Origin: Gekko japonicus
Lineage: Eukaryota
Length of the DNA: 64,000 nt
Assembly: GCF_001447785.1 (NCBI RefSeq)
Contig: NW_015170281.1
Location: 1,006,835 to 1,070,834 of the forward strand
Direction: 5' to 3'
This document shows, one piece after another, positions 62,292-64,000 of this stretch. The translations under genes were made by a program, and so were the position numbers. The notes beneath the pieces are model-generated. The model was not told the DNA's origin, did not search any database, and was given only the letters and a program-made list of their open reading frames with translations. The first letter of the stretch is position 1. Each line of letters begins with the position of its first letter.

Positions 62292-62599
62292 NNNNNNNNN
62301 NNNNNNNNNNNNNNNNNNNNNNNNNNNNNNNNNNNNNNNNNNNNNNNNNNNNNNNNNNNNNNNNNNNNNNNNNNNNNNNNNNNNNNNNNNNNNNNNNNNN
62401 NNNNNNNNNNNNNNNNNNNNNNNNNNNNNNNNNNNNNNNNNNNNNNNNNNNNNNNNNNNNNNNNNNNNNNNNNNNNNNNNNNNNNNNNNNNNNNNNNNNN
62501 NNNNNNNNNNNNNNNNNNNNNNNNNNNNNNNNNNNNNNNNNNNNNNNNNNNNNNNNNNNNNNNNNNNNNNNNNNNNNNNNNNNNNNNNNNNNNNNNNNN
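62292..62599. other. assembly gap (N run)
   Basis: Run of N. Confidence 0.99.
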
Positions 62600-63339
62600 C
62601 TCCAGCTTCAGCCTGTCAGAAGGAGTCCCTGCAGGGAAAATGTGGAGGTGCTGATAGCGCAACACCAACTAATCTTATCTTAAATGCTAGCAGCAGCCAC
62701 TATCTGTGATAGCCAGGGAATTAAAAACAAATTTTTTATGGGTATTGGGTATCGCCTTTTCCTCTCTCGCACACAGCTCTTCTACCTTGCCCTAGTTTTT
62801 GTTTCACTCATTCTTTTCCAGGCAAGTGGTTGTAAGGGTGGGAGCTAGGTGAATGGCAGTGGGGGGAGAGGCCCCTGTGCGTGTGCGCGCGCGCGCTTTG
62901 AAGATATTTACTATGCCGTCATAAAAATAGCGAAGTAAGCTACTAAACTCTCAGGTGTTTTGCAGCCTTCTGTATAGTGGAGACTCAATCCTATCTCTCA
63001 CAAACTCAGGTCTATCATTTATTTCTCATTTTAGTGGGTTACAGCCTGCAGAATTATGCAAGCTGAGCGACCACAATGTCTGGCAAAGCAACAAAGCCCC
63101 AAATGCTCAGAGCCATTGCCTGAGTTTGTCTGTTTACACTGTAGTCCTGTCTGACATCTGCTGTCAGTGGGGGGATCCTTGTCAACTACAGGCTGATTAT
63201 CAAAATGGGGAGACCAAATCAAAAACAGAAAGCTTGATGATGATTTTAATTCCCCCCCTTCATTACAGGTAATGAACATTTTGCTTTGCATCATATCCTT
63301 ACACATCTTTCCCCCACCTCTCCTTCCTATCCCCAAACC

Positions 63340-63620
63340 CATTCTGAGGTGACTTGGTTGATGACCTCTACTGAGAAATAGACAGGGGGGATGTGACCCT
63401 GCTAGTTCTGCTGGATCTCTCAGCAGCCTGCAATCCTATTGACCATAGCATCATAATAAGCTGCCTCTCAGCAAGGGGACTGGGGGGCACCGTGTTATGG
63501 TGGTTCAAGTCCTATCTGGAGGGCAGTCTCAGAGGGTGGTGCAGGGGGATTCCTGCTCTGCCCTGTGGCCACTGACCTCTGGGGTTTCACAGGATTTGAT
63601 CTTATTCCTGTGCTAGCTAG
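63340..63620 (+). mobile_element. L2 LINE RT fragment
   Basis: TLLVLLDLSAACNPIDHSIIISCLSARGLGGTVLWWFKSYLEG and a GVSQG-like motif. Confidence 0.85.
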
Positions 63621-63713
63621 CTAGCTATTTATTTATTTATTCAGCCAGCCAGCAATTACACTGGTTACTGATCTGCTCCTGAGCCCAGTTGAGGGTGTTG
63701 GTTTTGTCCATTA

Positions 63714-63850
63714 AAGAAGAAGAAGAGGAGATTGCATTTATACCCCGCCCTTCACTACCCAAAGGTGTCTCAGAGCGGCTTACAAACTCCTTTCCCTTCC
63801 CCTCCCCACAACAGACACCCTGTGAGGTAGGTGGGACTGAGAGAGCTCTT
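63714..63850 (-). mobile_element. Squam3-type SINE 3' half
   Basis: (GAA)n tail, GGTGTCTCAGAGCGGCTTACAAACTCC...CAGACACCCTGTGAGGTAGG. Confidence 0.9.
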
Positions 63851-63854
63851 GACA

Positions 63855-63925
<71 letters not shown>

Positions 63926-63926
63926 T
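63855..63926 (+). repeat. (CTTT)n microsatellite
   Basis: About 18 perfect units. Confidence 0.95.
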
Positions 63927-64000
63927 TAAGTTGTATATGTCTTGAGGCCAGGTTACCTGAAGCATTCTCCCATATGTGTCTGCTCAGGAATTGAGATCAT

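Overview
Repeat-dense, non-coding vertebrate DNA from a squamate reptile, very probably a gecko. It carries a Sauria SINE, BovB, many Squam3-type (MIR/Ther1-derived) SINEs with (TTC)n tails, CR1, L2 and 5S-derived SINEs. I could not recognise any host protein-coding exon, so the window looks like a gene desert or a large intron, with several AT-rich stretches that resemble conserved non-coding elements and four assembly N-gaps. Every protein-like ORF I could identify is transposon-derived: L1 ORF1, CR1 ORF1/ORF2, Penelope RT plus GIY-YIG, Gypsy pol, BovB RT and L2 RT. The most notable structures are: (1) a complete 1.84-kb TSD-flanked, polyadenylated L1-type element that encodes only ORF1, i.e. 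a HAL1/half-L1-like non-autonomous retrotransposon (29145-30984); (2) a head-to-tail trimer of diverged non-autonomous Helitrons with non-canonical CTTG 3' ends (37156-38688); (3) hAT-type elements with shared ends but unrelated, mosaic interiors, suggesting Pack-like capture; (4) a family of about 280-bp fold-back MITEs with 3-bp TSDs; and (5) four decayed Penelope-type hammerhead ribozyme motifs. All calls were made by eye, without database searches, and boundaries of old fragments are approximate.
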